From Perkinsela sp. CCAP 1560/9 (Eukaryota; Protista; Euglenozoa: Kinetoplastea), in contig CBFFSA010000003.1 of assembly GCA_965644495.1 (NCBI GenBank), positions 1,054,001-1,118,000 of the forward strand: a stretch of DNA of 64,000 bases. The letters run 5' to 3'. The position numbers were made by a program, and so were the translations under genes. The notes beneath the pieces were generated by a model, which worked only from the letters and a program-made list of their open reading frames with translations, was not told the DNA's origin and searched no databases. Every line of letters begins with the position of its first letter. The stretch's first letter is position 1. This document shows, in pieces, positions 1 through 10,903 of the stretch.

Positions 1-1704
1 CGTAAATATAGATTCACAACCCAATTGCGCTAATACCCTTTCGTAAAACATGCGATTTATGTGATGCTCAGGGAACAAGAGTCCTGGATCAGATCCCGGC
101 AAAGGCAAGACAATGTCGGTTATACAACACTTTTCAATGTTCTCACGCGTTACCACTTGTGGCTTGTCAATACTCGATGCACATGTTGTATCGTTGTGGG
201 AAGATTCTGACGTGTCAAGATCAAGATCTGATTCTGTTCTCTCATGCTGACATCCAGTATTTGGCAGCATGAGATCTCCGACCACTACAATACTCCCAAA
301 ACAACGAATTCTCTCCGATGCTACACAATTCCATACCCAGCTTTGGACAGCATGAACGTACAGACTTCGAGTATTGCGTGGTAAGGTCATCCAAGCTCTT
401 TGATAGTCATGAGGTTCAGAAGCCAGAGATAATAAAATTCCCTTCTCAGTCCTGAATTTAAAATTCAGCTCAGCTGCTGCCGAGGAAAATACACCTTTGG
501 AGCCCGGTTGTGCAGACACAGACTTGATATCAGGGAGGTTTATTGCTCGCGTAGCATTGGCAAATTTCGGAGATGTTTGAGAAGCGTTCAAAAATATTAG
601 ACCGATTGCCCTATCCAGCTTGCCCAGCAATACTTCTATGCCTATTTCATGTGTTGCTATTGGTGCGGTACCAAAACGTTGAGGTCCATAAAAGTTAATA
701 AAACCAACGCTTCGGATATTTGCAAGGAGTTTATCTTCGCATACTCCCCAGTGCGATACTTCTCTCACTACAATTTTAAAGTAATTTCCGCGATGTGCGC
801 CAAGCCAGAGCTTATCAGGTTTGCGCTCAGGACAACTGACTGATACTCGGCCATGTGTATTGAGCTTTTCAACTTGACTCCAATCCCCTCGATAAAGTGA
901 AACACGTTGGAATGTTTGCGCCCTTTTGTCTTTTGCACCGGAAAATCCGAATAACTTGTGAGATAGATGCAAGCTACGGGAAAGGTATTGGATGGCAGAA
1001 GCTGTATCCATGTTCCTTTTTTCCAGCGTGAAATGCAAGTAATATGGACTCTCGCATGCACGGGAGCGTTTGCGATCTTCTGATCTGCAAACTCGAATAT
1101 CAAAGGAGTTGTCACCACAATATGTAGAGGTTAACAGTGGAAAACAAAATCTTACAGCTTCGTGCACTCTCGTGCGTTGTTCTTTGTTCATAGGAACTAG
1201 GAGTTTGATATTCATTATTCCTGTACGTGGCAGTTCGGAGAGCTTCTCTTGCGTAGAAGTTTCTAATGCAAAGCCAGCTTTTGGTGTTGCATCCCCTAAT
1301 TTAGATTCTCGATCCCTGTGGGAAGGCGTTTTCTTACTGCAAAGCTGCAGTACCGTTTCTAAGGCGTGCGTACCAAAGGAATCCTTAAGGAGTTGAATGT
1401 GATCTTTTTCAGCATCACTTAGTTCGGTTTTCGCTGGCGTACATGTATTGGTATTTATAGGAGGATCTTTGGATCCCAACATACCCTGATCGCAGCCATC
1501 TGCCTCTTTTGAATATTCTGCTATTTGCGGGACATGTATGCCCGCAATACAACCGTCTTGGCCAATTTCATGCACGATAAAATCTTCAGCGCACGCCTTC
1601 AGAACTCCACTAGGAGATATGTTACTGTGCTTGGCGAACAGCTTTGTTATAACGCCCATAGAAGCATCACTTCGATACGTACTTGGAGGCTGCCGAGAAT
1701 TCAT
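1..1704 (-). CDS. PUS7: TruD-family pseudouridine synthase (PUS7), 3' end beyond the window edge
   Basis: Manual translation from the ATG at 1704 (in-frame TAG just upstream) gives GVLKACAEDFIVHEI, YLHFTLEKRNMDT, the catalytic FSGAKDKRAQTFQ and GFINFYGPQRFG. It is absent from the ORF track, apparently because no stop occurs inside the window. Confidence 0.92.
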   Translation of the reverse strand, partial: MNSRQPPSTYRSDASMGVITKLFAKHSNISPSGVLKACAEDFIVHEIGQDGCIAGIHVPQIAEYSKEADGCDQGMLGSKDPPINTNTCTPAKTELSDAEKDHIQLLKDSFGTHALETVLQLCSKKTPSHRDRESKLGDATPKAGFALETSTQEKLSELPRTGIMNIKLLVPMNKEQRTRVHEAVRFCFPLLTSTYCGDNSFDIRVCRSEDRKRSRACESPYYLHFTLEKRNMDTASAIQYLSRSLHLSHKLFGFSGAKDKRAQTFQRVSLYRGDWSQVEKLNTHGRVSVSCPERKPDKLWLGAHRGNYFKIVVREVSHWGVCEDKLLANIRSVGFINFYGPQRFGTAPIATHEIGIEVLLGKLDRAIGLIFLNASQTSPKFANATRAINLPDIKSVSAQPGSKGVFSSAAAELNFKFRTEKGILLSLASEPHDYQRAWMTLPRNTRSLYVHAVQSWVWNCVASERIRCFGSIVVVGDLMLPNTGCQHERTESDLDLDTSESSHNDTTCASSIDKPQVVTRENIEKCCITDIVLPLPGSDPGLLFPEHHINRMFYERVLAQLGCESIFT

Positions 1705-2223
1705 CTAGCTCAAACTTCCTTGGATGTCCTCCACCTTTAAGTTCTACTCCTCAGATGTAAGATGGCTTTGATGGAAATACCAGTAAAATGCAACCCAGGA
1801 ACATTAAAAGAGTAAACGCCAAAATCCCGCACACTAAGTAGATTTCATTACAAACATATTTTCTTGTATAGGCCACATGAAACAGAAACAGATTGGCTTG
1901 AAGTCCTTCAATAGGCTAATGAATAATGAAGAAAAGTAAGTCGAATAGAAGTAAAAAAGGATGGGTACTGATCTACATACAGTAGTCTATTGCACATACA
2001 GTACTGTACATACAGGCTATTGTGCGCCCAATAAGAAAGCTCAATAAAACATAAAAAGGATTACCGATCTCCAATCCTTGCGCACGTGGTCACGAAAGGG
2101 AGGTTGACTCCTCCATTTCTTCATGTCTCTAGAACATTCCTAGCTTCATGTCTTTAGAACAAACAAACTTCCGATGTGAAAAAGTATGAGGACAAAAAAT
2201 CTTTCATCCATGTTTGACGCATT

Positions 2224-4695
2224 TTATGAATGAGGTTTTGGGTGAGACTTTCGGTTGAAATATTTACCCTTTTCCTTCGATGATTTAGGTGTTGTCACCG
2301 TACCGCGGGAGTCACCACCAGCAGAAGGTGCTTTCTCATTTGAAGGCGCAGATCTCGGCGGAGCATCCGAGCTCTCCAGACTACTGGACTGTGAGGACCG
2401 TACCGGCGACTCTCTCTGCATCCCCGCCACTGTTTTTGCGGGCATTTTCGTTGAAGATGGCGGAGTAGAGGGCCGATGGCGATGACGCGAGATGCCTCCT
2501 CGTGAGCTCCCTTCGACCGAAGCCTCGCTTTGTTCAACCTCTTTCGTAGGTAAAATCGGCCGTGTAGATCCCGCAGAAGCACTTGTTATGATCGTAGGAA
2601 CTACCGGAGCCACGGTGACCCCCGGAGGAGTAGTTTGCGAGTTTGGCTCAAACGACACTCCCGTGGCAGTGAGGCTCCCCATTGGACTCCCGGGGGGAGG
2701 AGGAAAATTCACCGGGGTCGACGCACTCAGCTGCTCTGCCAGCGGCTTGCGCTCCCGATCGTATCTCCCACGAGGGGCATGCGTAGCCCCGGTGGAGGCA
2801 GCACGTCGACCACCCCCACCCCCTGTAGATTGCTTTGACTCCGGGTAATGCGTCCTTGAATAGTAATGTGAACCTCGACCCGTAGCACGGTTCGAATACT
2901 CCCCACTCGGCATCGTGCCGTGCGCTATCCCGGAAACAAAAGCCTCACCTCCCCGTCCACTCCTTAACGGCTTAACCCGCGGGTCGTAGGCGCCCACATG
3001 GGTGTGAGCTACCGGGTACCGGGCCTCCCAGGACAGCGGGGTGGTGTACTGAGCTGCGTACCCGTGAGGGTCGGGGTAGGGGTAGTGAGGGTAACCCGCG
3101 TGTGACGCTGTTGTGTAGGACCCGGGCTGCCGGGCCTCATGGGACGGAAGCGTCTCGGAGGGGTGGTAGTAGTACTCACTCGGGGTTCCTCCGAGAGAGC
3201 TCTCGGCGTAGAGGTGGTGCCCCGAGCCGTAGGGGGTGGTCATCAGCGGGGTAGGTACCTGGGCGCGTGAGGGTTTGAACTCCGGCGGGAGCTCGGACAT
3301 GTCGGAACGGAGATGACCCACATAGGGGGTAGAGGGGGTTTGGTGGGGGTAGGCGGCCGAGGAGGATGCGGCGGAGTGAAGGGCTTCGACGTCCCAAGGC
3401 TCTACCACGGTTCCGTCGGAGAGTGCATAGGTGTAGGTACCGTAGTTCACTGGAGGAGTGACCGAGGGGGTGATGATGCCATGGGTGTCCCCCGCGGGGA
3501 GAGGAGGGTAAAGGTGAGGCTGCGTCGAGACCGCACTGGTGCTCATGTCCTCTGTGGGCTTTGAGTACAGAGAGGACTCCGGGGTCTGTGAAGCATAGGA
3601 TTCTGTGGCTGGAATAGCCCTCTCGGCGTTGGGGTGACGTAGGTGTTCCTGTTGACAGAGGTGCCGAAGCAGGCCGTCCTTTTCGCGAAGAAAAGAGATT
3701 CTAAGATCTGGTTTCCAAGTGTTTGGAGGTGATTCTGTGACCGTTTTAGCTGTTTTCTCTAAAGAAGTCACAAAACTAGGAGTAAAAGCACGTGCATTGG
3801 GATTCAGAAATGTTTTTGAAGCAGTTGTCTCTTTCGAAACGTCCGGAGTTTCTTCAGAAGTAGTTTGCTTGTCAATAGGTAAGGTACGTGGAATCTCATC
3901 TACCGACCTAGATCTCGGGGCTTCCTCTTTAACTATGTTCTCGCTTATGAGTAACCCAGAAGGTGTTCCAGCTTCACGACGTCCAGGAGGAATGTATGCG
4001 TTGACATTCAGGCCACCTATCAGGTCACGAGACTTTTTCGGAGAACTTCTTCCTTTAGGACGTTCCACGCCGCTAAAAAGCCTTTCCTCATCATAATCTG
4101 CGCCTATCTCAATGCCACGATCCACCGCATGTTGAAGATTGACGACCTTACCGCGTTCTATTTTTCTGGCCGCACGTTCAGCATATTCACGCTGATCCCT
4201 TGTAAGATTTTTAGGAATAGAAGTAGTATAAAGCAGCTCATCGTAAGTGCTTTTCCCGCGTACAAGGTGCTCATTTGCTTTAAATTGGTCCCAAGAGCCT
4301 GCTCGATGTGATTTCTCCTTCTCCAAAACGTCATCTTCATCTTCGTCGTCCTCATCTGCCCAGTTCGCAAAGCTTGTCACTGATTTATCACAGCTTTCGC
4401 TTCTCGTGATTTGCTTCTCTCGTAAATGTCTCATGATGGAGCTTTGTTCTTGACAAATACGGGAAAATTTTAATTGAATGAGGTTGACAGTAGGAATCAT
4501 GGACACATCCTTGGCATCACTATTTTCAGAAAGACTGTGTACTTCGCTGACTAGTCGTCGGCACTTTAGAAGCATTATCGCTTTTTCAACGGGGGAGTAG
4601 GACGCAAAAACACCTTCTAAAATGGTACCATCAGCTAAATGGGCCGTGGCAACTTGTCCTACCATTTCCACAAAAGTGAATAAAATTCGTTCCAT
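2224..4695 (-). CDS. PBP1: Ataxin-2/PBP1-like RNA-binding protein (LSm + LsmAD + PAM2, low-complexity C-terminus)
   Basis: Likely start MERILFTFVEMVGQ (LSm-like); LsmAD WDQFKANE..KSTYDELLYTT..A..IE; PAM2 LNPNARAFTP. The upstream in-frame extension of the 962-aa ORF is repeat DNA. Confidence 0.88.
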   Translation of the reverse strand: MERILFTFVEMVGQVATAHLADGTILEGVFASYSPVEKAIMLLKCRRLVSEVHSLSENSDAKDVSMIPTVNLIQLKFSRICQEQSSIMRHLREKQITRSESCDKSVTSFANWADEDDEDEDDVLEKEKSHRAGSWDQFKANEHLVRGKSTYDELLYTTSIPKNLTRDQREYAERAARKIERGKVVNLQHAVDRGIEIGADYDEERLFSGVERPKGRSSPKKSRDLIGGLNVNAYIPPGRREAGTPSGLLISENIVKEEAPRSRSVDEIPRTLPIDKQTTSEETPDVSKETTASKTFLNPNARAFTPSFVTSLEKTAKTVTESPPNTWKPDLRISFLREKDGLLRHLCQQEHLRHPNAERAIPATESYASQTPESSLYSKPTEDMSTSAVSTQPHLYPPLPAGDTHGIITPSVTPPVNYGTYTYALSDGTVVEPWDVEALHSAASSSAAYPHQTPSTPYVGHLRSDMSELPPEFKPSRAQVPTPLMTTPYGSGHHLYAESSLGGTPSEYYYHPSETLPSHEARQPGSYTTASHAGYPHYPYPDPHGYAAQYTTPLSWEARYPVAHTHVGAYDPRVKPLRSGRGGEAFVSGIAHGTMPSGEYSNRATGRGSHYYSRTHYPESKQSTGGGGGRRAASTGATHAPRGRYDRERKPLAEQLSASTPVNFPPPPGSPMGSLTATGVSFEPNSQTTPPGVTVAPVVPTIITSASAGSTRPILPTKEVEQSEASVEGSSRGGISRHRHRPSTPPSSTKMPAKTVAGMQRESPVRSSQSSSLESSDAPPRSAPSNEKAPSAGGDSRGTVTTPKSSKEKGKYFNRKSHPKPHS

Positions 4696-4790
4696 TAGTG
4701 ACGTGGGTGTATGCGTGAATAAAGTAATCAAAAAAAGATAACATAGAAAGTAAGTGGAAGTGTTCAGGTATTGACGAATAGTGCAGTATT

Positions 4791-5719
4791 GCGGTGGTTG
4801 TAAAACTACCGCTCTACACTCGATTATTGAAAAAAAAGTGAACAAAAACAGTGAAAATATAAAGAGGAACACAGTAATATAATAGAAGAAAAAAATATAA
4901 AAGGGGGCTCCGGTGGTCCAAAACTGAAAAAAAAAATTGAAAAAAATGGGGGGTCCATGGGGGGGGTCCAGGGGGGGGGTCCAGGGGGGGGTCCAGGGGG
5001 GGGGGTCCAGGGGGGGGGTCCAGGGGGGGGGGCATGGTCGAGCAAATTTTTTCGAAAAAATTAGTTTTCGAAAAGAAACCGCAGAAAGGGTAGCCGGGGT
5101 CTTGGCGCGCATTTTCCACCCCCCTACCCGGGGGTGACCCCCCCGCGTATCCGCAGGACGGGTCCGCCAAGTTCGGATTTTTTCGGAAAAATTTTTTTGA
5201 AAAAAATTTCAACTTGGCGAAAAAAATGACAAAAAAAATATTTTTCCAAAATCGTTTCCCCTATTGTATTTTGATAGTTTGGGACCTACACTAGCTTTCT
5301 ACGCAATTGTTTTCGCAAGGTATCACTTCTTCGAACCGTGGTGCGCCCCTCAAAATGACCCATTTTTGACTAAAAAAGGTGAAAAAGTATTTTTCGGACC
5401 TAAAGGGGCATTTTTGTGTCGAAAGAATGGTATGGTTGGAGTCGTATTCTCTACCCAATACGTTCGGTAGGCTTCCATTCATGCCTGCGAGTGATTTCCC
5501 ACGTGCAAATGTCGGATTTAGTGCTCTGAGAGCAAAAATATGCGAAAATGACCCCATTTGTACCCGAAATTCGGCTATTTTTGGCTATAATCTTTCCGTT
5601 TTCCAGGCTAAATTTTCTTTTTTAGGCTCTTCGTTAAACGCGGCGGGATTTTTCAACGCGAAGCGCGCAGCATGAGTGACTTCTAAGTTGAAAACAACCA
5701 CCGCGTTTAACGAAGAGCC
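4791..5719. mobile_element. Dispersed non-coding repeat family A, copy 1 (hairpin-ended, possibly a rolling-circle-type non-autonomous element)
   Basis: Left hairpin GCGGTGGTTGTAAAACTACCGC; right ~95-bp palindrome GGCTCTTCGTTAAACGCGG...CCGCGTTTAACGAAGAGCC containing ACAACCACCGC, the inverse of the left end; body clearly homologous to 44800-46385 and 50700-50992. Confidence 0.7.
4948..5032 (+). repeat. (G6-9 TCCA)n tandem array, G-quadruplex-prone
   Basis: About seven G-runs separated by TCCA, seen directly. Confidence 0.9.
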
Positions 5720-5855
5720 TAAAATATTAAATTATGCAATATTTATATTTAATATGCAATTGCAATACTTATATGTATGAACAGTTCGAAAAGCAATTCT
5801 AGACTATCAGATTTACAGGCTATGTGTTGGCTAAAAATTAATCAAAAGAAGAGTA

Positions 5856-6140
5856 CACCCCCTCTCATAAATAATGATAATGATAATAACATTTTTTCCG
5901 AGAGAATATCATTATTATTATCATTATCATTATTTCTGAATGCAATAAGGGGAGATGAGAACAAAAATACATCTGTTTAGTAAGATACACTTTGTCTAAA
6001 ACGGGGAAAAAACAAGACGAGATTAAAGAGATCACGGAAAAACCCTCAAGCCGACATGGAGGAGTAACGATAGAATGAAATATTTGCGATAATTTTTGAG
6101 TAATTGTCACGGCCCGAGGTGAAAATCTTTTTTCAATTAC
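5856..6140. mobile_element. MITE family B copy (TA-CACCCCC terminus); inverted homologue at 61204-61520
   Basis: Shared blocks (GACATGGAGGAGTAACGAT, ATAATTTTTGAGTAATT, (ATG/ATA)n microsatellite) in opposite orientation at 61.2-61.5 kb; opposite ends carry the same TACACCCCCTYTCATWAATAATGATAA terminus. Confidence 0.7.
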
Positions 6141-6233
6141 TGTCACCCCCCCTTTATACTTCAACCGGTTTCGGTACTTTTGGAAGTATAAAGGGGGGGG
6201 TCTGACTTTCCTAAGTATAAAGGGGGGGTGACA
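6141..6233. mobile_element. Small palindromic MITE-like element
   Basis: TGTCACCCCCCCTTTATACTT ... AAGTATAAAGGGGGGGTGACA inverted repeat. Confidence 0.65.
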
Positions 6234-7276
6234 CTTAAGCGCAACCAGGTTTTGGCCTAACATTGCGCATAAGTAGCCGGGTCAAAAAAAGAGGTGAAAA
6301 AAAAATTTCGCGACGCGTGTTTAAATCATGAGTTATGTACGCGGGGTGCCCTGGGAAAAATGAGTTATAATTATATTTATTAAAATTAATTAAAGAAAAT
6401 GGTAGTTGGTCGGCGTTAGTACCATCAGTGGAGGGGGTGCAGACGGTACCTGTAGCTCGCTGTCGAACGGTGGCAACCAATCTCGATCGGTAACGACAGA
6501 TCGCGACCGGTTGCGAACGCTGTAGGTATTTTTTCGAGGTTCGAAGGGTTTACCGATTCATTGGAAGATCAGTCGGACAGGGGGTGACGTGTGAGAGATA
6601 ACTAGGGAGGAGGTACAGTACTTCGCTTGTATGGTTACTTATGCCCGCGAATGACCACATCACGAGGTAAGTGCCTTTTTCGCGAGCACCCGATCAATTG
6701 TAGGAAAAGAACGGACTTTTAAGAGCTTGGGTCCGAAATATAAATTAAAGTTTAGTTTATCATGCACTTGTAGTGCAATTACCCACGTTATATTTACCCG
6801 CCCTATATCTAGGCGGTGCCGCACGCTGGTGCACTGATCATTTCAAAAGCGTACAGTACGTGGCAGGAGAGTTCCTCTGATGTACAGTACAGTATAGAAT
6901 GCAAAGACTCGCCGTACAGATCGGCGGAGGTCAGTGTGGATCAGAGGAGATCGATGGAGATCATTTTTCAACGCCCAAAGGGACTGCCTGCAGACTCTCC
7001 ATTTCAACAGCGGCGAAAATTGGTACAAAAATTCGTACCACAAAAAAAAATCGCGCCGCTTTGCGGCGCTGTTCTTCTGAACGATGCGTCAAAATTGCGC
7101 TTAAGTGGCCGGGTCAAACGGTTGCGCATAAGTAGGGGGGGACAGTATCTCTACACACACCTCTAACGTTTTAAAGAAAAAAGTAGAAAATTGTTCAAAA
7201 AAAAAGATTGCGCCGCGAAGCGTTTTCGACCGGAAGTAAAGGTTTTTCGTATGATATTTCAGGCTATAGAAAATAT

Positions 7277-7543
7277 GGGCCAAAGTAAAGGAATATTGCA
7301 TAAGTCAAGGAATATTGCATAAGTCAGGAAATATTGCGTAAGTCAGGAACCATTGAAATTAAAGCCCTCGCACTTCTGTCCTGCACCCGGTGAGGCCCCG
7401 GAGTTGCGAGAGGCCTCCATACCCCACAACTACCACCTTCCCCCCTATTTAGTGGGGGTCGCGCGAGCGACCCCTGATAAATGGGGGGAAGGTGGTAGTT
7501 GTGGGGTATTCCTTGACTTATGCAATATTCCTTGACTTTCCCC
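7277..7543. mobile_element. Merlin-like non-autonomous element with tandem ~19-mers in its TIRs
   Basis: GG termini; TIRs built of AAGGAATATTGCATAAGTC units; flanks GAAAATAT/AAAAATAT (7/8 match, TSD-like). Confidence 0.6.
7422..7506. mobile_element. TA-flanked palindromic MITE nested in the preceding element
   Basis: TA-CCCCACAACTACCACCTTCCCCCC...GGGGGGAAGGTGGTAGTTGTGGGG-TA. Confidence 0.75.
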
Positions 7544-7591
7544 AAAAATATGCACTCCTAAAACATGAAATCTTCTGATGCTTCTTCTACC

Positions 7592-8500
7592 TTACGGCAC
7601 TGGTTGGTGTACCACACATTGGTCGAGCTCTATGCCGTTGTGTATCATACCGTGGTAGCCCTCGAACTTATTTCCTCTTAGGTCTATGCGCGTTTTCTTA
7701 TGAACACCTCTTAGATCTACGAAGCCTGTAAGAGCATTATATCCCAAGTCTATGTTGATTCGTGGATAAGACAGAGACGTCAGTTCCACTGCGCCTTCAA
7801 ATGTATTCTTGCAAAGCTCCAATCTGGAGAGTTTTTTGGGTAGCCTCGTTAGATCTAGCGATCCTGACAGTAAATTAAGCCCAATCTCCAATTTCGTAAG
7901 GTGTTCTGGGAGCCTCGTGAGATCGATCGTTCCTTCAAATCTGTTTTTGGTGGCTAAAAGTCGTGAAAGCTGAAGGGGCAGAGAAGTAAGATCAGCGGGG
8001 CCATTGAACAAATTGTGATTGATGTAAAGATCTATCATATCATGTGGGAGTGTAGTAAGATCGAAAGGCCCAGTAAACTGATTGGCGCATAGTAGTAAAT
8101 GTTCAAGACACGGAGAAAGCAGATGAGTATGAATCTCCCCTCGGAGCTTCCCAGGCGTGTTTGGCCAACGCTGGCATCGAAAGCTCGTCACATGAGCAGG
8201 AAAGTGATTCCAGTCGAGAACTCCGGTAAGACTTGTGTCTTTAAAGTCGATTTTTGTTATTTCCTTGGCCTTGTTGCAAAAAATCCCCTTCCATTGACAT
8301 ACATCGCGTTTCCAACTAGCAGGGGCGGAAGTAAGATTATGTACGAACAGCTTCATTGTCTCCTCATCACTAAGCAGAATATTCCTGACCTTTGCGCCGT
8401 ATCTGCGACGTTTTGCAGGAGGTTGATCATCGGCGCTGTTTAAGTAAAGGAGACGTTTGATGGGAAAGAAGCCGATGCGAAGGGATGAAAACATGTGCAT
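7592..8500 (-). CDS. Leucine-rich repeat protein (LP..L..L.L..N.F.G..DL repeats with W.GI.C cap)
   Basis: At least six 23-24-aa repeats, e.g. LPQ/LPE/LPK..L..L....N.FEG.IDLT; N-cap VCQWKGIFC. Confidence 0.9.
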   Translation of the reverse strand: MHMFSSLRIGFFPIKRLLYLNSADDQPPAKRRRYGAKVRNILLSDEETMKLFVHNLTSAPASWKRDVCQWKGIFCNKAKEITKIDFKDTSLTGVLDWNHFPAHVTSFRCQRWPNTPGKLRGEIHTHLLSPCLEHLLLCANQFTGPFDLTTLPHDMIDLYINHNLFNGPADLTSLPLQLSRLLATKNRFEGTIDLTRLPEHLTKLEIGLNLLSGSLDLTRLPKKLSRLELCKNTFEGAVELTSLSYPRINIDLGYNALTGFVDLRGVHKKTRIDLRGNKFEGYHGMIHNGIELDQCVVHQPVP

Positions 8501-8790
8501 AAGATATTACACAGCGTTATTGTTTTCATAAAATTTGGCACTTAAAATACTAGAAGTAGTAGCAAAAAATAAAAAACTCCGAGAAACTTTTTTTAAAAAC
8601 CGTTTTTACGAGAACGATTGAAGCCTCGAGAAAAATGAGGTCCTCCGCTTACCTTACGAATTCAAAGTTCGTACAAGTCGAATAAAGGTGAATCAGAAAT
8701 CCTTTGAAGAAAGAAAAATTATATCGTAACGTAAAATGATCGTCTAGAAAAGGACCTATGTAGGTCTATAAGCAGTACGTTGGTTGTGCT

Positions 8791-9450
8791 CTACGTGCTG
8801 AATACGTCACAAGAATTAATAAACTGCTTGCCCAAAGCCTTCTCCACATTGAACAAGCCAATCGGAATGTGTGGGAGTGAGATATCAAGTAGTCTCCAGC
8901 GACCAGCTACGTGTAAAAGATCGTAGATGAACGTATCCATGTAATATTCATCGTCGATACTTTCGAATTTCTGTGTAATCGTGCGTTCCTCAGATTCGAC
9001 AGGTTTCATACTCACTCTTAAAGGGCGGAAATCTTTTAGAAATGGAGAAAGAATTTCCCAACAGTCGACAGCTCCACAAGCTAGCCTCACGTAAACTGCT
9101 GACAAAGCGGTCACGTATTTAAAATGAGGCTGTCGGAGACATTCTAAAACGATTTCTGGCTCAGGTTGAAGCTGTACTAATTTAGCCAAGTAAAGCTGGG
9201 CAGGTGACAAAACGGATTGTGGTGCTCCATAGCAAGTGATTTCTTGTACATTTCGTACTGCGTTTTCAAGCCATTCGCACTCATTCCACAATCGCATACG
9301 CCTCCAAGAGAAGCAGGACAAGAGACGTGCCCGAAATGTGGCTGGAAGGAGGTTCCATGGTTGGCCACTGCGACAAACAAATGAAGGTGCAGAGGTTGTA
9401 CCGACGTCCTCAGCGTGCTCAGCCCTCTCTGATGACAGTGATTTTTTCAT
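8791..9450 (-). CDS. PRP38: PRP38-family splicing factor (divergent)
   Basis: LAKLVQLQP...FKYVTALSAVYVRL...LKDFRPLR...YMDTFIYDLL matches the PRP38 domain. Confidence 0.8.
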   Translation of the reverse strand: MKKSLSSERAEHAEDVGTTSAPSFVCRSGQPWNLLPATFRARLLSCFSWRRMRLWNECEWLENAVRNVQEITCYGAPQSVLSPAQLYLAKLVQLQPEPEIVLECLRQPHFKYVTALSAVYVRLACGAVDCWEILSPFLKDFRPLRVSMKPVESEERTITQKFESIDDEYYMDTFIYDLLHVAGRWRLLDISLPHIPIGLFNVEKALGKQFINSCDVFST

Positions 9451-9805
9451 CTACATCGAATTAGTCGCAAACATTTTCAAACGTGTGCTTCTCGATGAAG
9501 GCATGCAGAATTTTAGATTTCTTTTTGAAATTTTCATAAAACTTCGAGACTTTTGGTTTATCATTTTTTAGTTTTAATAACATTATAATATTCTTCGATA
9601 TATATGATATGTATCCATATGTGATATATGATATATATCTGTATATAAGCAATTTGAAAGACAAAAACAAGGTACATGCAAAATGACAGTAATTCGCTAC
9701 GAATTTCAGATTTCTGTGTCTCGCTCGTTTCTTTTGCTGACGATCAGGTAGAAGTAGGAAAGCGAAAATTCGTATTTTTCTCTTTATTTGAATTTCAGTA
9801 TTTTC

Positions 9806-10621
9806 TTAGTAATCGTGTGAAGGCAACCACAGGCCCTTCGTATTGGAAATTTTATGTTCACAAAGATCACAGTATAATTTGTTGGAATGAGTAATCATCT
9901 GAAGCGTAAAGTTGCTATCGTAGAATTTACCCTCACGTATCAAAGCGTTTTTCGGCTTACCATCGATTGTTTTGTAGTTAATAAACCATGATTTTATTGC
10001 TTCCAATTCATCACGTGAAACGGTACGTAATATATCACTGGCTTCTGTATCGCACGGGATGGCCCTAGCAATCACTTTCCAATCCATCTCGTTCTCGTCA
10101 ATCAACCCAATACTACCGATAATTCGTATTTTTCGAATTTCTCCAACCGCCATAGGGGTTTCAGATAATTCAACTACGTCAACGGGGTCTCCATCACCAT
10201 GTAACCCCTCAAAAGTATACGGTCCTAGCGAAGTCGCGTCACATCCTTCCCAAGTCTGCGGCAGACTTCCGTAATTAAAAGGAATTCCTTGATTTTGATA
10301 TCGAAGATAACGTAGGGCTCCTTTCTTGGTATCTTGTCGAATAGGATTTAGTGGCTCCTGGGTTCGTATTTCGTATTTCGCATAAGAACCTTTCGGTATT
10401 TCGTTCACAAACTGCAGAGTTGGATTGCTGCTAAATTTAGAACCAGGGAAGAGCAGGTTGATATCGTGCCACGGAGATATACGTCTCAAAAATTGTATCC
10501 GACAATCATGTGTTCCAAGTTGACTACATTCAGTGAACACTTTACTATGATGTTGTCTTGTAGAATGTGCGAAGATGTTGTAGCACAGCGAAAAAGACCT
10601 ATTTTTGGCAAACGCGGGCAT
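9806..10621 (-). CDS. Family I soluble inorganic pyrophosphatase, probable mitochondrial presequence
   Basis: ISPWHDI, EIPKGSYAKYEI, NPIRQDTKKG, NYGSLPQTWE, GDGDPVDV, DENEMDWK. Confidence 0.95.
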   Translation of the reverse strand: MPAFAKNRSFSLCYNIFAHSTRQHHSKVFTECSQLGTHDCRIQFLRRISPWHDINLLFPGSKFSSNPTLQFVNEIPKGSYAKYEIRTQEPLNPIRQDTKKGALRYLRYQNQGIPFNYGSLPQTWEGCDATSLGPYTFEGLHGDGDPVDVVELSETPMAVGEIRKIRIIGSIGLIDENEMDWKVIARAIPCDTEASDILRTVSRDELEAIKSWFINYKTIDGKPKNALIREGKFYDSNFTLQMITHSNKLYCDLCEHKISNTKGLWLPSHDY

Positions 10622-10903
10622 GAAAAATGAGTTTTAACAAAGACTGACTTTCTGCAATTCTATTTATAACAACATTATTTTCTATTTTCTGCAGAATAAG
10701 CTTAGTTTATTTCTATCTTAATTAGAAAGAAACATTTCTTTTACTCTCCCCTATTCTAACTTTTCCGGGTGCTAACAAAATGCAACGCTAAGAAGGGTGT
10801 ACCGGGGCAACACTAGGATATGGGGTAGTATTTTGATAAATATGGCTACAAACGCTGTGATGAATGATTAAAGTTGGTTTTACTTTTTTTAGAGCTTTAG
10901 AGA

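Noticed and set aside
4696-5112. N-terminal 139 aa of the 962-aa ORF (PPWTPPLD repeats, Phe-rich stretch)
   Set aside because: It is a translation of repeat family A and the G-run array; ataxin-2 similarity begins at M140.
7285-7350. CRISPR-like repeats (also 51060-51112 and 47630-47722)
   Set aside because: The repeats are adjacent or part of TIRs, with no unique spacers and no cas genes, in a eukaryotic context.
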